Origin: an uncultured Thermoleophilia bacterium
GTDB lineage: Bacteria > Actinomycetota > Thermoleophilia > UBA2241
Assembly: GCA_963741075.1 (NCBI GenBank)
Contig: CAVUGS010000009.1
Location: 142,308-206,307 of the forward strand
Reading direction: 5' to 3'
DNA length: 64,000 nucleotides
Shown in pieces: positions 31,827 through 44,859 of the stretch. Below the pieces are notes generated by a model. It was not told the DNA's origin. It was given only the letters and a program-made list of their open reading frames with translations, and did not search any database. Position numbers and translations under genes: made by a program. Position 1 is the stretch's first letter, and every line of letters begins with the position of its first letter.

Positions 31827-32725
31827 AGTGCATCACCTTCTTGCGCACCGTGGGGACCGAGAGAGCGACGACGACCAGGACGGCCGTCAAGAGCTTGAGG
31901 TCGGTCGGCGCAATGCCCAGCCGCAGGCTCACGGCGATGAGCAGCCGGTAGACGATCGAACCGCCGATGACGCTGAACAGCACCCAGCTGATGCTGCGGA
32001 CTCCGAACAGCACCTCGCCCATGATCACGCCGGCCAGGCCGGCCACGATGGTGCCGATGCCCATGCCGACGTCGGCGAACCCTTGTTGCTGCGCCACCAG
32101 CGAGCCGCTCAGCGCGACCAGCGCGTTGGCGATGCCCAGGCCGACGATGCGCGTGATGTTGGTGTTGGTGCCCATGCGCCCGGATCATGCTCTCGTTGTC
32201 GCCGGTCGCCTGCAGGCAGAGGCCGAACTCGGTGTGCAGCAGCCAGTCGAGCAGGTACTTGACCGCCACGGCGAGCGCGGCGAGCCCGATGATGAGGTTC
32301 CACGCGACCATCGACAGCGAGAACAGCGCGCCGATCTTGTCGAAGATGACCTGCACGCCCAGGAGCGGGGTGTTGCTCTTGCCCATGATGCGCAGGTTGA
32401 CCGTGTACAGCGCCGTCATCGTGAGGATGCCGGCGAGCAGCTTGGGACCGTAGTTGGTCGCGTCGCCGTCACCCGACTTGAGCAGCAGATGCAGGAACCC
32501 GGTGACGAAGCCGGCGCACAGGCCTGCGAGGACGCCGGCCGCCGTCGCAAGGACGGGCGAGTGGCCGCCGGCGATGAGCGCCGCCGTGACGGCCGCGCCG
32601 AGCGGCAGGCTGCCGTCGACGGTGAGGTCGGGGAAGTCGAGCACGCGGAACGTGATGAACACGCCCAGCACCATGAACGCGTAGACGAGACCCTGGAGCA
32701 GGGCGCTCTGGATGATGACCTGCAC
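31822..32725 (-). CDS. ABC transporter permease (COG4120-type), one apparent frameshift near 32190
   Basis: MQVIIQSALLQGLVYAFMVLGVFITFRVLDFPDLTVDGS... continues as (M)GTNTNITRIVGLGIANALV... in another frame. Confidence 0.7.
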
Positions 32726-32741
32726 TGACGCGACTCCGTGA

Positions 32742-32820
32742 CGGGGGCCGGAGTAGCTTCGCTGCTCCGGCCCCCCGTTGGCAACCCCGACCCCCGCCCG
32801 CCCGAGGCGGGCGGGGGTCG
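32742..32820 (-). other. Two tandem GC-rich intercistronic hairpins between SBP and permease genes
   Basis: acgggggccggag...ctccggccccccgt and gacccccgcccgcc-cgag-gcgggcgggggtc. Confidence 0.45.
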
Positions 32821-32841
32821 CAGGGACGTGTTACCGGCGGC

Positions 32842-33871
32842 TCAGAACTTGTTCTGCGCCTGGGACTTGAGATCGGCGGGGATGGTGACGCCCATGGCCG
32901 CCGCCGCCTTCTCGTTGATCGGACAGCTGCAGGTTCTTGGCGTACTCGACCGGGATGTCCTTGATCGGCGTGCCGCTCAGGATCTCGGCGGCCTGGTAGC
33001 CCGCCTGCTTGCCCAGGTCCTTGTAGTCGAACGCGTAGGCGGCGACGGCGCCGCGCTTGACGCTGTCGGTGTCGCCGGCGATGACGCGGGATCTTGTTCT
33101 GCTCGCCGATCTTGATGATGCTCTCGAGCGCCGAGACGGCGGTGTTGTCGCGTGAGCACCGAGATGGCGTCCACGCGGCCGACGAGCGACTGCGGTCGCC
33201 GCCTGGACCTCGGACGAGTTGCTCGGCGGTCGCGTCGATGACCTTGATGCCCATCTTCGCCGCGGCCTCCTTCTCGGCCTTGATGAGGAACACCGAGTTG
33301 GACTCGCCGGCGTTGTAGACCACGCCGATCGGTCTTGACGTCCGGGACGATCTGCTTGATGAGGTCGAGGATGCGGCTGCACCGGCAGCATGTCGCTGAC
33401 GCCGGTCACGTTCGCCGGTCGGAGCCTTCGGGTCGGTGACGAGGCCGGCGCCGACGGGATCGGTGACGGCGGTGAAGACGATCGGGGTGGTCGTGATCGG
33501 CCTTGACGACGGCCTGGGTCGTCGGAGTGGCGACGCCGAGGATCAGGTCGAGGCCCTCGCCGGCGAACTTCTGCGCGATGCTCGAGGCGTTCGCCATGTC
33601 GCCCTGCGCGTTCTGGTCGTCGTAGGTGACGTTGGTGAAGCCCTTCTCGGCCAGCGCCTCCTTGAAGCCCGCGACGGCGGCGTCGAGCGCCGGGTGGGTG
33701 ACGATCTGGGTGATGCCGATCTTGTACGCCTTGCTCGTGCGTCGGAGCTGCTGCTCGGACTGCTGCTGGAGCTGCTCGAGTCGCTGCCGCAACCGGCGGC
33801 GAGGCCGAGCGCGACGACGAGAGCACGAGCACGATGGCGACGCTCAGCCTTGACATGGGACGCATCGTTCT
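32842..33871 (-). CDS. ABC transporter substrate-binding lipoprotein (COG2984-type), multiple apparent frameshifts
   Basis: MRPMSRLSVAIVLVL..LAAGCGS lipobox, KIGITQIVTHPALDAAVAGFKEALAEKGF..., VVYNAGESNSVFLIKAEKEAAAKMGIKVIDA, end ...NLQLS..QNKF; pieces spread over three or more frames. Confidence 0.6.
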
Positions 33872-34086
33872 CCTTTCGGACCTCTGGATGGTTGGCGCAT
33901 TGTAGTGGCGCCGCGTCTGCGCGCACAAGCACTGCGACTCATACGATATGCAGACGGAGATACAGCACCAAGGAGAGGGCGGCGGGCCGCTGGCCCGCCG
34001 CCCTCTCCGAGTGCGACGCCTGAGCGCTGGAGCCGGCGGCGCGTCCGGGGGCGGGCCTCCCGCCCCTCCCCGCGCCGCCCCCGCCG

Positions 34087-35488
34087 TCAGAAGCCCGAGG
34101 TCCGCTCCTTGAACCGCTCGACCGAGTTGATCGGGATGTCGAGCAGCTTGCTGATGTTGAACTTGGCCTCCATCATGCCCGGCAGCGCCGGATGCGTGGA
34201 CGAGGTCATGGTGAGCAGGCCGAGCCCGTGGTCCTGCCGGATGGTCTCCATGGCGACCGGATCGGACTGAGGTCGCGCGTGGTGCAGCCGAGCTTGCCGG
34301 CCACGTACTCCTTGGCTTCCTTGAGACGCATACGCCTGGTCATCTGCATCCGAGCGACGAGATCTCCCGCCGCCCGCATACCGCCCATGCCGGACGCCTG
34401 CGTGTGGGCTCCCTCCATGCCGAGAGGGTCGCCCGTGCCCACCTAGTAGCCGTCGATCTTGAGGATCTCGACGAAGGCCTTGCTGGCCCGCGAGGTGGCG
34501 TCGGCGGGCGGGAACAGGCACGTCGGCACGCCGCCGACGCCCATGCCCACGTTCACGTGCACCGGGATCGTGGCGACCTCGGCGGCCGGCTTGATGAAGG
34601 TGATCGCCCGGGCGATGTTCCAGGCGGTCGACTTGCCGGTGTTGATGTTGACGGCCGGCCCGTAGATGCTGGCGCCGGCCGCGGTGACCATCTCGAGCTG
34701 CTTCTTGGGCCACATGCCGGCGAGGCGCTCGCCGTCGAACTCGAGCTGGCCGTGCATGCCGAGCACGAACTCGCTCGCCATGCCGATCTCGATGCCCAGA
34801 TGCGGGTACTTCTCGCGCAGCTGGCGGCAGGCGGTGAGGGCGGCGAGGAAGTCGGCGTCGCCCGCCGCCCCCGTCGTGTCCATGTCGATGCCGTCGGCGC
34901 CGGCCTCGATCATGGCGTCGGCGACGAAGTCGATGTCCTCGACCAGCATCGCCGCAGGCCTCGACCTGGGCGTCGCGCGCCTCGTCGATCTTGCCCATGG
35001 GCAGCAGCTCGGACCAGTTCGGGATGGGGCCGTCGGGCTTCGAGTAGCGGCCCAGGTCGGGCATGGCGCCGTACTGCACCGGGTTGGTGAGCAGCGCCTG
35101 CGCGATCTTCATGCTCTGGCCCTCGTGGGCCACGTTGGTCTTGACGGCCTTGTAGGAGTAGTCGGCCTGCCACAGCTCGGGCATGTCGATGCCGAGCAGC
35201 GTCTCGTAGCTCTGCAGGTCCTGCACCCGGTTGCCGATGTGCTTGGTCCCGGTGCCGTCGTTGCTCAGCACGACCTCTTCGCCGATGTCGACGGCGGTGA
35301 AGCGCGCCGACGATGCGTAGATGTCGAGCAGGTGATCCAGCTCGTCCTGCGTGAGTACGTCGACCTTGGCCTTCTTGGCCGCGACCCTCGGTGCCTTCTT
35401 CGAGATCGGCCTTGATCTCGGAGCGGGTCATCTCGACGAGCGACCCGTCACCCATGCGAGTGGGGATCTTGGGCTCCAACAGCATCAC
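34087..35488 (-). CDS. mtbB: MtbB-like dimethylamine methyltransferase copy 3, in-frame TAG at 34443-34445; 3-4 apparent frameshifts
   Basis: [21 protein letters not shown]..., [37 protein letters not shown], ...[45 protein letters not shown]..., C-terminal ...[27 protein letters not shown]. Confidence 0.75.
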
Positions 35489-35650
35489 CTCCGTGCTTCG
35501 TCCGGATCGACCGCCTGCGCCGTGGCGCGCGAGGCCCGCGAGCTACCACGATGAGAGCGAAGCGATGCGACCACTGTCCGGCGGACCTCCGCGCGCCAGT
35601 CTACAGCGGCCTCCTTCGGAGGCGCCACCGGCCAGAAGGCCGCGAGGAGA

Positions 35651-37063
35651 TCAGAGAGGCGGGATCGCCGGCTGCTTCACGAACGGCACCATCGGCAGGC
35701 GCCACGGCGACGATTCGACGGGCACCGGGGCTCCGGCGCCGGCGCGTCCGGCGCCGAGCGAGACCATTGGAGGACCCGCGGGTGTCTTCGCCAGGAGCAA
35801 GCGGACCACGCCGCCGGCTTCGACCGTCGCGCTCTCGACGGCGACGGGCAGACCGGCGCAGCTCACGGTGAACCCGCCGGCGGGGCCGGGAGCGAGCGGC
35901 TCGGCACCGGGCGCCGCGCTGACGGTCACGTCACGCGCCCCGTTCCAAGCGACGGAGGCCACCGCCGGCGACCGGGCCGCGGAGCGGCCGAGCACACCGG
36001 CGAGAATCGCCGCCGTCCAGCGTCCCGCCGCAACCTGCATGTCGTCGGCGGCGGCGAAGTGGACGACGCCTTCGAGGTCGATGTCGTAGAGAACCGGGCC
36101 AGCGACGACGTTCGCCCGGCCCCACGCGCCCTGCTGCGCGAGGCGGACTGCGTCGACGCCGGCATCCCGGTAAGCCGGGCCGTAGTCGCCGATCTGCGCG
36201 ACGACCAGCGGCGCGCCGCAGTCTCGCCGCAGGTCCCGGCTCAGCCGGAGCAGCGACGCCTCGTAGGAGTCGCCGGGCGTCAGCCGCCGGGCATCGGCCT
36301 CGCCTTGCCAGAAGAGTACCGCTCGGACGCGCCCGCCCACCGTGCGGATGCGGCGCAGCATCGAGCCGTAAAGCGTCGACGGCTCGCGCGGCGCCACGGC
36401 CGGCCGCTGCCAGCTCGCCACGGTCGTCCCGACGCGCGCGCACGGCACCAGTGCAACGGGCACGCCCTCGGCGGCCATGAGGCGCTGAGCGACCAGCGGC
36501 CACACCGAGCCGCCCGCGCCCGCGTCCCGGCTGACGCCGTCCACTTGTCCTTCGGCCGAGTCCACCGGGTCTCTGAGCCGCTGCCAGCGATAGTCGTTGC
36601 CGAAGACCGTCGCCTGCAGGTTCGGGTCCGCGCACCTGAACCGGATTGGGCTCCGTCCGCTCGCATTGCTCTGTCCGGCGATCACGTAGATGTCGCCCAC
36701 GCCCACCAACCGCCGCATGGCGGCGATCTCGTGGTGCCGCGCGCTTCGCGCGACGAGCGCGGCCTGGCCCGCGAGCTGGGACGGAAGCGTGAGGGCGAAC
36801 GAGCCGTCGGCCGCGCGGGAGGCCTGCCGCCAGGAGCCGTGGCCCCAGCGCACCTGTACGGGGCCCGCGAAGCCTCGGACCCTGCCGATGACCGTGATGC
36901 GGGCAGACCCACCGGCGCCGCGCTGGACGACCTGGCAACTGCGCGGGGTGGAAATGGTGATGCGGGGCGCGGCCGAGGCCACGGAGCCTGAGCCGGCCAC
37001 GGCCAGCACGGCGAGCGCTCCCACGACGGCCAGCACGGCCGCACCACGCGTGCCCACGGACAT
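35651..37063 (-). CDS. Secreted SGNH-hydrolase / sialate O-acetylesterase-like protein
   Basis: Signal peptide; GDIYVIAGQSNASG block typical of the DUF303/SASA esterase family; 470 aa intact. Confidence 0.65.
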   Translation of the reverse strand: MSVGTRGAAVLAVVGALAVLAVAGSGSVASAAPRITISTPRSCQVVQRGAGGSARITVIGRVRGFAGPVQVRWGHGSWRQASRAADGSFALTLPSQLAGQAALVARSARHHEIAAMRRLVGVGDIYVIAGQSNASGRSPIRFRCADPNLQATVFGNDYRWQRLRDPVDSAEGQVDGVSRDAGAGGSVWPLVAQRLMAAEGVPVALVPCARVGTTVASWQRPAVAPREPSTLYGSMLRRIRTVGGRVRAVLFWQGEADARRLTPGDSYEASLLRLSRDLRRDCGAPLVVAQIGDYGPAYRDAGVDAVRLAQQGAWGRANVVAGPVLYDIDLEGVVHFAAADDMQVAAGRWTAAILAGVLGRSAARSPAVASVAWNGARDVTVSAAPGAEPLAPGPAGGFTVSCAGLPVAVESATVEAGGVVRLLLAKTPAGPPMVSLGAGRAGAGAPVPVESSPWRLPMVPFVKQPAIPPL

Positions 37064-37103
37064 GACGCCAGCTCCTCCATTCGACGACAGCGCAGCCCCT
37101 CAG

Positions 37104-37179
37104 TGGAGCCGGCGGGCGGGTTCGAACCGTCGACCTGCCGCTTACAAGGCGGCTGCTCTGCCAGCTGAGCTACGCCGGC
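37104..37179 (-). tRNA. tRNA-Thr (anticodon TGT)
   Basis: Reverse complement GCCGGCGTAGCTCAGCTGGCAGAGCAGCCGCCTTGTAAGCGGCAGGTCGACGGTTCGAACCCGCCCGCCGGCTCCA; one A-C mismatch in the T-stem. Confidence 0.8.
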
Positions 37180-37236
37180 CCGCGGACAGTCTACCCCAGG
37201 CGGCCCGACGCACAGCACCCGGACTATACTGGCCCC

Positions 37237-38103
37237 ATGCGAAGTCTGTGCCAGGCATGGAGACGCCGGACCGTGCCCGGCGTGGCCCTCATCATCACTG
37301 CGGCGGCGCTCGCGCTGCCGTTCGCCACGCCCCCCTCGGCATCCGCCACCTCGGCCCCGGAGGTGAGGGCCCGCAGCGGGATCCTCATCAGCCGCACGAC
37401 CGGCAACGTGCTGTGGTCCAAGAGCCCCGGCCGGCGCCTGGCGCCGGCTTCGTGCACCAAGATCATGACCGCGCTTCTGGTGCTCGAGCACTACCGCGAT
37501 CTCAGCCGCACTGTCCGTGCGCCGGCAAGCGTCACCAGGCAGCAGGAGGTCGCCATCGGCCTCAGCCCGGGTGACCGGATCACCGTGCGCCAGGCTCTCC
37601 GCGGCCTGCTCATCAAGAGCGCCAACGACGCCGCCGTCACGCTCGCGGTCGCGGTCGCCGGCAGCGAGCGCGCGTTCGTGCGTCAGATGAACCGCCGGGC
37701 CGTCCAGTTGGGGCTCACGGACACCCACTACCGCAACTGCCGGGGCAAGGACCAGACGGGACATTATGCGTCGGCGCGCGACCTGGCGACGCTGGGCCGG
37801 CTCGCCATGGAGGACACGCGGTTCCGCGCGATCGTCGGGACCAGGACCGCGGTGATCACGTGGCCCCCATCGCACCGCGTCACCGTGACCTCGCACAACC
37901 GGCTGCTGGACTACGCGTGGGGCAACGGCATCAAGACGGGTTCCACCAGATTGGCGGGGATGGTGCTCGTCGGCTCGGGCAGCCCGTCGGGCGTCCCCCT
38001 CATCGTGGTGACCATGCACGAACCGTCACGCGACCGCGAGGAGAAGGACGCCGTCGCGCTCTTCAAGTGGGGTGCCACCCAGACGGCTCCCGCCGGACCG
38101 TGA
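37237..38103 (+). CDS. D-alanyl-D-alanine carboxypeptidase (peptidase S11)
   Basis: SCTKIMTALLVLEH (SxxK), LIKSANDAAVTLA (SxN), signal peptide. Confidence 0.8.
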   Translation: MRSLCQAWRRRTVPGVALIITAAALALPFATPPSASATSAPEVRARSGILISRTTGNVLWSKSPGRRLAPASCTKIMTALLVLEHYRDLSRTVRAPASVTRQQEVAIGLSPGDRITVRQALRGLLIKSANDAAVTLAVAVAGSERAFVRQMNRRAVQLGLTDTHYRNCRGKDQTGHYASARDLATLGRLAMEDTRFRAIVGTRTAVITWPPSHRVTVTSHNRLLDYAWGNGIKTGSTRLAGMVLVGSGSPSGVPLIVVTMHEPSRDREEKDAVALFKWGATQTAPAGP

Positions 38104-39086
38104 GCGCGCCTCGACCGTCGAGCCGGCGATCGGAGCCGCACCGGCTGATTCACTGCAGGTCTGCAGCCGGCCGCCCGGCGCTCCTGCCGCCCGCCCTCCT
38201 CGCCACGCTGCTCGCCGCCCTCGCGCTCGCCACGGTCGCGACGCTCGCCGCCTGCGGCGGCGAGCCCCCCTCCGCGGGGCCCTCGCCGACCGGCACGGCG
38301 CCGCCCGAGGTGCAGGCCTGGACGGGCATCCTCGTCGAGCGCGACTCGGGCGACGTGCTCTGGAGCAAGGACCCGGACCGCGAGCTGCCACCGGCGTCCT
38401 GCACCAAGATCATGACGGCGCTGCTCACGCTGGAACACGTGGACGACCTCGACGCCATGGCCACGGTGCCGGACATCCCGCTGCCACAGAAGGTCGGGGT
38501 CGACCTGGTCCCGGGCGACCGCATCAGCGTCAGGCAGGCGCTCACCGCCCTGCTGGTCAAGAGCGCCAACGACGCGGCGCTCACCCTGGCCTCCTACGTC
38601 GGCGGCAACGAGAAGAAGTTCACAGGGCTGATGAACCAGAGGGCGAAGCAACTGGGCCTGACGCACACGCACTTCATGAACTGCCGCGGGACGCCGGAGG
38701 ACGGCCACTACTCGTCGGCCCGCGACCTCGCGACGCTCGGCCGGTTCGCGATGGGGGACGCCACCTTCCGGGAGCTCGTCGGCACCAAGACGGCCGTCAT
38801 CCGCTACCCGCCCGACGGGGCGGTGCCGGTGAAGAACCACAACCGCCTGCTGGACTACCCGTGGGGCGACGGCATCAAGACCGGCGCGACGGACATCTCC
38901 GGCAAGGTGCTCGTCGGCTCGGGCAAGCCCGGACCCGTCGCCCTGATCGTCGTGACCATGCACGAGCCGACGCGCGACCAGGAGGTCAAGGACGCGGTCG
39001 CGCTGTTCGCGTGGGGCACGGCCGAGCACCTGCGGCGCGCGGCCGCCTCCCCGGCTCCCTCGCCGTCCGCCTCACCGTCGCCCTGA
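38100..39086 (+). CDS. D-alanyl-D-alanine carboxypeptidase paralog, lipoprotein
   Basis: LAACGG lipobox, SCTKIMTALLTLEH, LVKSANDAALTLA. The true start may be internal to the ORF; the GTG at 38100 overlaps the upstream stop. Confidence 0.75.
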   Translation: MSAPRPSSRRSEPHRLIHCRSAAGRPALLPPALLATLLAALALATVATLAACGGEPPSAGPSPTGTAPPEVQAWTGILVERDSGDVLWSKDPDRELPPASCTKIMTALLTLEHVDDLDAMATVPDIPLPQKVGVDLVPGDRISVRQALTALLVKSANDAALTLASYVGGNEKKFTGLMNQRAKQLGLTHTHFMNCRGTPEDGHYSSARDLATLGRFAMGDATFRELVGTKTAVIRYPPDGAVPVKNHNRLLDYPWGDGIKTGATDISGKVLVGSGKPGPVALIVVTMHEPTRDQEVKDAVALFAWGTAEHLRRAAASPAPSPSASPSP

Positions 39087-39098
39087 CGACGCGGCGGC

Positions 39099-40481
39099 TC
39101 AGCCGCCGGTGAGGGCGCGCAGACGCTCGGCGGAGCGCACCGGCACGTCGAGCACGCGGGCGATGTTGAGCTTGGCCTCGATCGCCAGCGCGTCTTCCAC
39201 GGTCGCCGTGTCCTCGGTGGGGATCGTCCCCAGGCCGTGCGCGCGGCGCACCTCGGCCATCGTCACCGGGTCGCTCAGGTCGGCGGGGCTCACGCCGAGC
39301 TTGTCGGCCACGTAGGCCTTCGCCTCGGGAAGCCGCATCCGTCGGGTCATCTGCATGCGGGCCACCAGATCTCCGGCGGTCCGCAACCCGCCCATGCCCG
39401 ACGCGACACCGTGGCCGATCCCCTGGCTGTGGTTGTCGCCGGCGCCGATCTACAAGCCGTCCAGCCGCAGGAGGTCGACGCACGCGCGCGAGGCGCGCGA
39501 GACGGCGTCGACCGGCGGCAGCGCGTGCATGGGGACGCCGCCCACACCCATCCCCCCGTTGAGGTGGATGGGGATCTCGGCGGCGTCGGTGCACGGCTTG
39601 CAGATGGTGCAGGTGCGCGCCACGTTCCAGGCGACCGTCTTGCCGGTGTCGACGTTGATGGCCGGTCCGAAGACCGAGGCGCCGGCCCTGGCCGCCAGGC
39701 GCATCTGGTCCGCCGGCCACAGTCCCGCCAGCCGCACCCCGTCGTACTCGAGCTCGCCGTGCATGCCCAGCACGAACTCGCCGGCCATGCCGATCTGGAT
39801 GCCCCAGTGCGGGTACCTGGCGCGGATGCGCTCGATCGCCTTGAGGGCGGCCAGGAAGTCGGCGTCGCCGGCCGCCCCGGCGGTGTCCAGGTTGATGCCG
39901 TCGGCGCCGGCCTCGTACATGCCCGCGGCCACGTACACGATGTCTTCCACCGCGAGCTCGACCGCCTCCTCCTGGGCCGCCCGCGCCTCTGCGATGCGGC
40001 CCAAGGGCAGCAACTGCGACCAGTTGGGGATGGGGCCGTCCGGCACCGTGTACCGCCCCAGGTCCGGCATGGCGCCGTACTGGCACGGGACGGTGAGCAG
40101 CAGCTGCGCCCGGCGCATGGTCTCCTGCTCGAACGGCAGCACCGGCTTGACCGGCTTGAACGAGTAGTCGTGGTGATACAGCTCGACCGTGTCGGTGCAG
40201 ACGGTCTGCTCGTAGTTCTGCAGGTCGTTGATGCGCGACCCGGCGTCCTGGCTGCCGACGCCGTCCGAGCTCAGGACGACCTCGTCGCCGATGTCGACGG
40301 CGCTGAAGCGGGAGCGGCTCGCGAAGATGTCGACGAGGTGGGCGATCTCGTCCACCGCCAGCGGCTCCACCCTGGCCCGCTTCGCCCCGGCCTCGGCGCC
40401 CGCGTGGACGTCGGCTTCGATCTCGGCGCGGGTCATCCGCACCAGCGACCCGTCGCCCATGCGCGTCGGGATGCCTTCCAT
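39099..40481 (-). CDS. mtbB: MtbB-like dimethylamine methyltransferase copy 4, in-frame TAG at 39450-39452, otherwise intact; divergent post-Pyl segment
   Basis: [112 protein letters not shown]...; 460 codons. Confidence 0.8.
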
Positions 40482-41074
40482 CGGCCCTCCGTCCGTCCGA
40501 ATCGTGTTCCCGCCGGCGCGGCCGCGACGTCGGTCGCTGCCCCTCCGACGTCCCGAGGCTACAGGGCTCGCGGCCGGCTGTCAGCGGCGGATACTTGGGC
40601 AAAGTTCACGGCGGCACGGCGCAAAGGTACGGCGACGCGCGGCGGGAGCCGGGTACGGGCGAGACGACCCCACAAAGGGGCGAGGCCCCGCGGGGAACGG
40701 GGCCTCGTACAAGGGCTTTGGGGCAAACCCTCGTGAGGGGGGTTCTTCGCTTGCCAGCGAAAGGAGCCATCCACATCTTCCCCAATGAATGTTGCGCCCG
40801 CGTGAAGCGGCGCGAACGCGCGAGAAGGGAAGGTTGCCCGGCAGTTACAGGGCAGGCGGGACCAGGGGTTGGGGGTCGGGTCCGCGCCCTGAAGATGGCC
40901 GAAGGCCGGCGGATCGTGCCGCTTTGGGGCGGCCGCCCGCCGGCCCTCTGGCCGTGGTTCGCCCGGGGCCGGGGCGAACCAAGAAGATAGGAGGTACCAG
41001 CACTTGGCGCTGGCAGCGGGCTTCTCGGAGACGGGAAGCGTCGCAAGGGGGACACTAGGAGCGACGTGTTGCGG

Positions 41075-41099
41075 ATCCGTTAACCAGATATTAACGGAT
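41075..41099. promoter_or_regulatory. Perfect 9-bp inverted repeat ATCCGTTAA-N7-TTAACGGAT in an AT-rich patch of the long intergenic region
   Basis: Seen directly; lies ~600 bp upstream of mtbB copy 4 and ~90 bp downstream of the ligA stop. Confidence 0.4.
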
Positions 41100-41189
41100 A
41101 TGAAGCGCGCAGCCCGATGAGTCTTCCTCATCGGTAGTCGCTTTGAGGAGGTTCACGATCGCTTTGAGCGGCCGCAGCCGACAACAGCG

Positions 41190-44091
<2,902 letters not shown>

Positions 44092-44094
44092 TCC

Positions 44095-44859
44095 AGGTCG
44101 AGGTCCCAGCTCGCGCCAGGTCGGCGAGCAGCTCCGGGTCGAGGAGGTCGTAGCGCAGCGGCGTCACGGCGACCGCGCCGGAGGCGACGACGTCGAAGTC
44201 GGTCTCGCACCCAGTCGCCCGAGGCCGGGTGTTCGCACGGCAGGTAGTGCTCGGCAGGAACCGCCGTCGTCCTCGGCGAGCGTGACGTAGTCGTAGGCGC
44301 TGGCGCCGCCGAGTCGCGCGGGGCGGATGCCCGTGATGTCGGCGAGCGGCCGATCCGGCAGATTGACGTTCAGGATGCTGTGGCGCGGCAGGCCGCGCTC
44401 GATCACGTGACCGACCATCGCCCTCAGGACGGGCACCGCCTCGTCGAGCCAGCCCGGCTCCAGCTCCTCGACCGAGAAGGCGAGCGCCGGGTGCCCGCGG
44501 AGAGCGGCCTCGAAGGCGGCGCCGACCGTGCCGGAGTACGTGACGTCGGCGCCCATGTTGCCGCCGGCGTTGACCCCGGACACCACGAGATCGGGCACCG
44601 GGCAGCGCAGGCCGAGCAGCGCGATGCGGACGCAGTCCGACGGGGTGCCGTCTGCGGCGAGGCCGTCGTAGCCGCCGCCGAAGGTGCGCGGCTGCAGCGA
44701 GAGCGCCCGGCGGACGGTGATGCCCCGCGCCACCGCGCTGGTGTTGCGGTCGGGGGCGATGGTCGTGACCTCGCCGAGGCCGTCCAGGGCGCGGCGCAGC
44801 ACGGCGATGCCGGGGGCGTCGATGCCGTCGTCGTTGGTGAGGAGGATCTGCAGGGCCAC
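44095..44859 (-). CDS. surE: 5'/3'-nucleotidase SurE, apparent frameshift(s) near 44230
   Basis: MALQILLTNDDGIDAPGI N-terminus, C-terminal CETDFDVVASGAVAVTPL in a different frame. Confidence 0.7.

Noticed and set aside
40606-41055. 149-aa ORF and several overlapping ORFs in the ligA/mtbB intergenic region
   Set aside because: Pro/Arg/Ser-rich, with no RBS or homology and mutually overlapping in all frames; the region is treated as non-coding.
40700-41060. Possible cobalamin riboswitch (AAGGGAAGG...CCCGGCAG motif near 40810-40850)
   Set aside because: It is on the plus strand, whereas the only downstream gene (mtbB copy 4) is on the minus strand. It also lacks a convincing B12-box (AGYCMGgAgaCCkGCC), so the resemblance is judged superficial.
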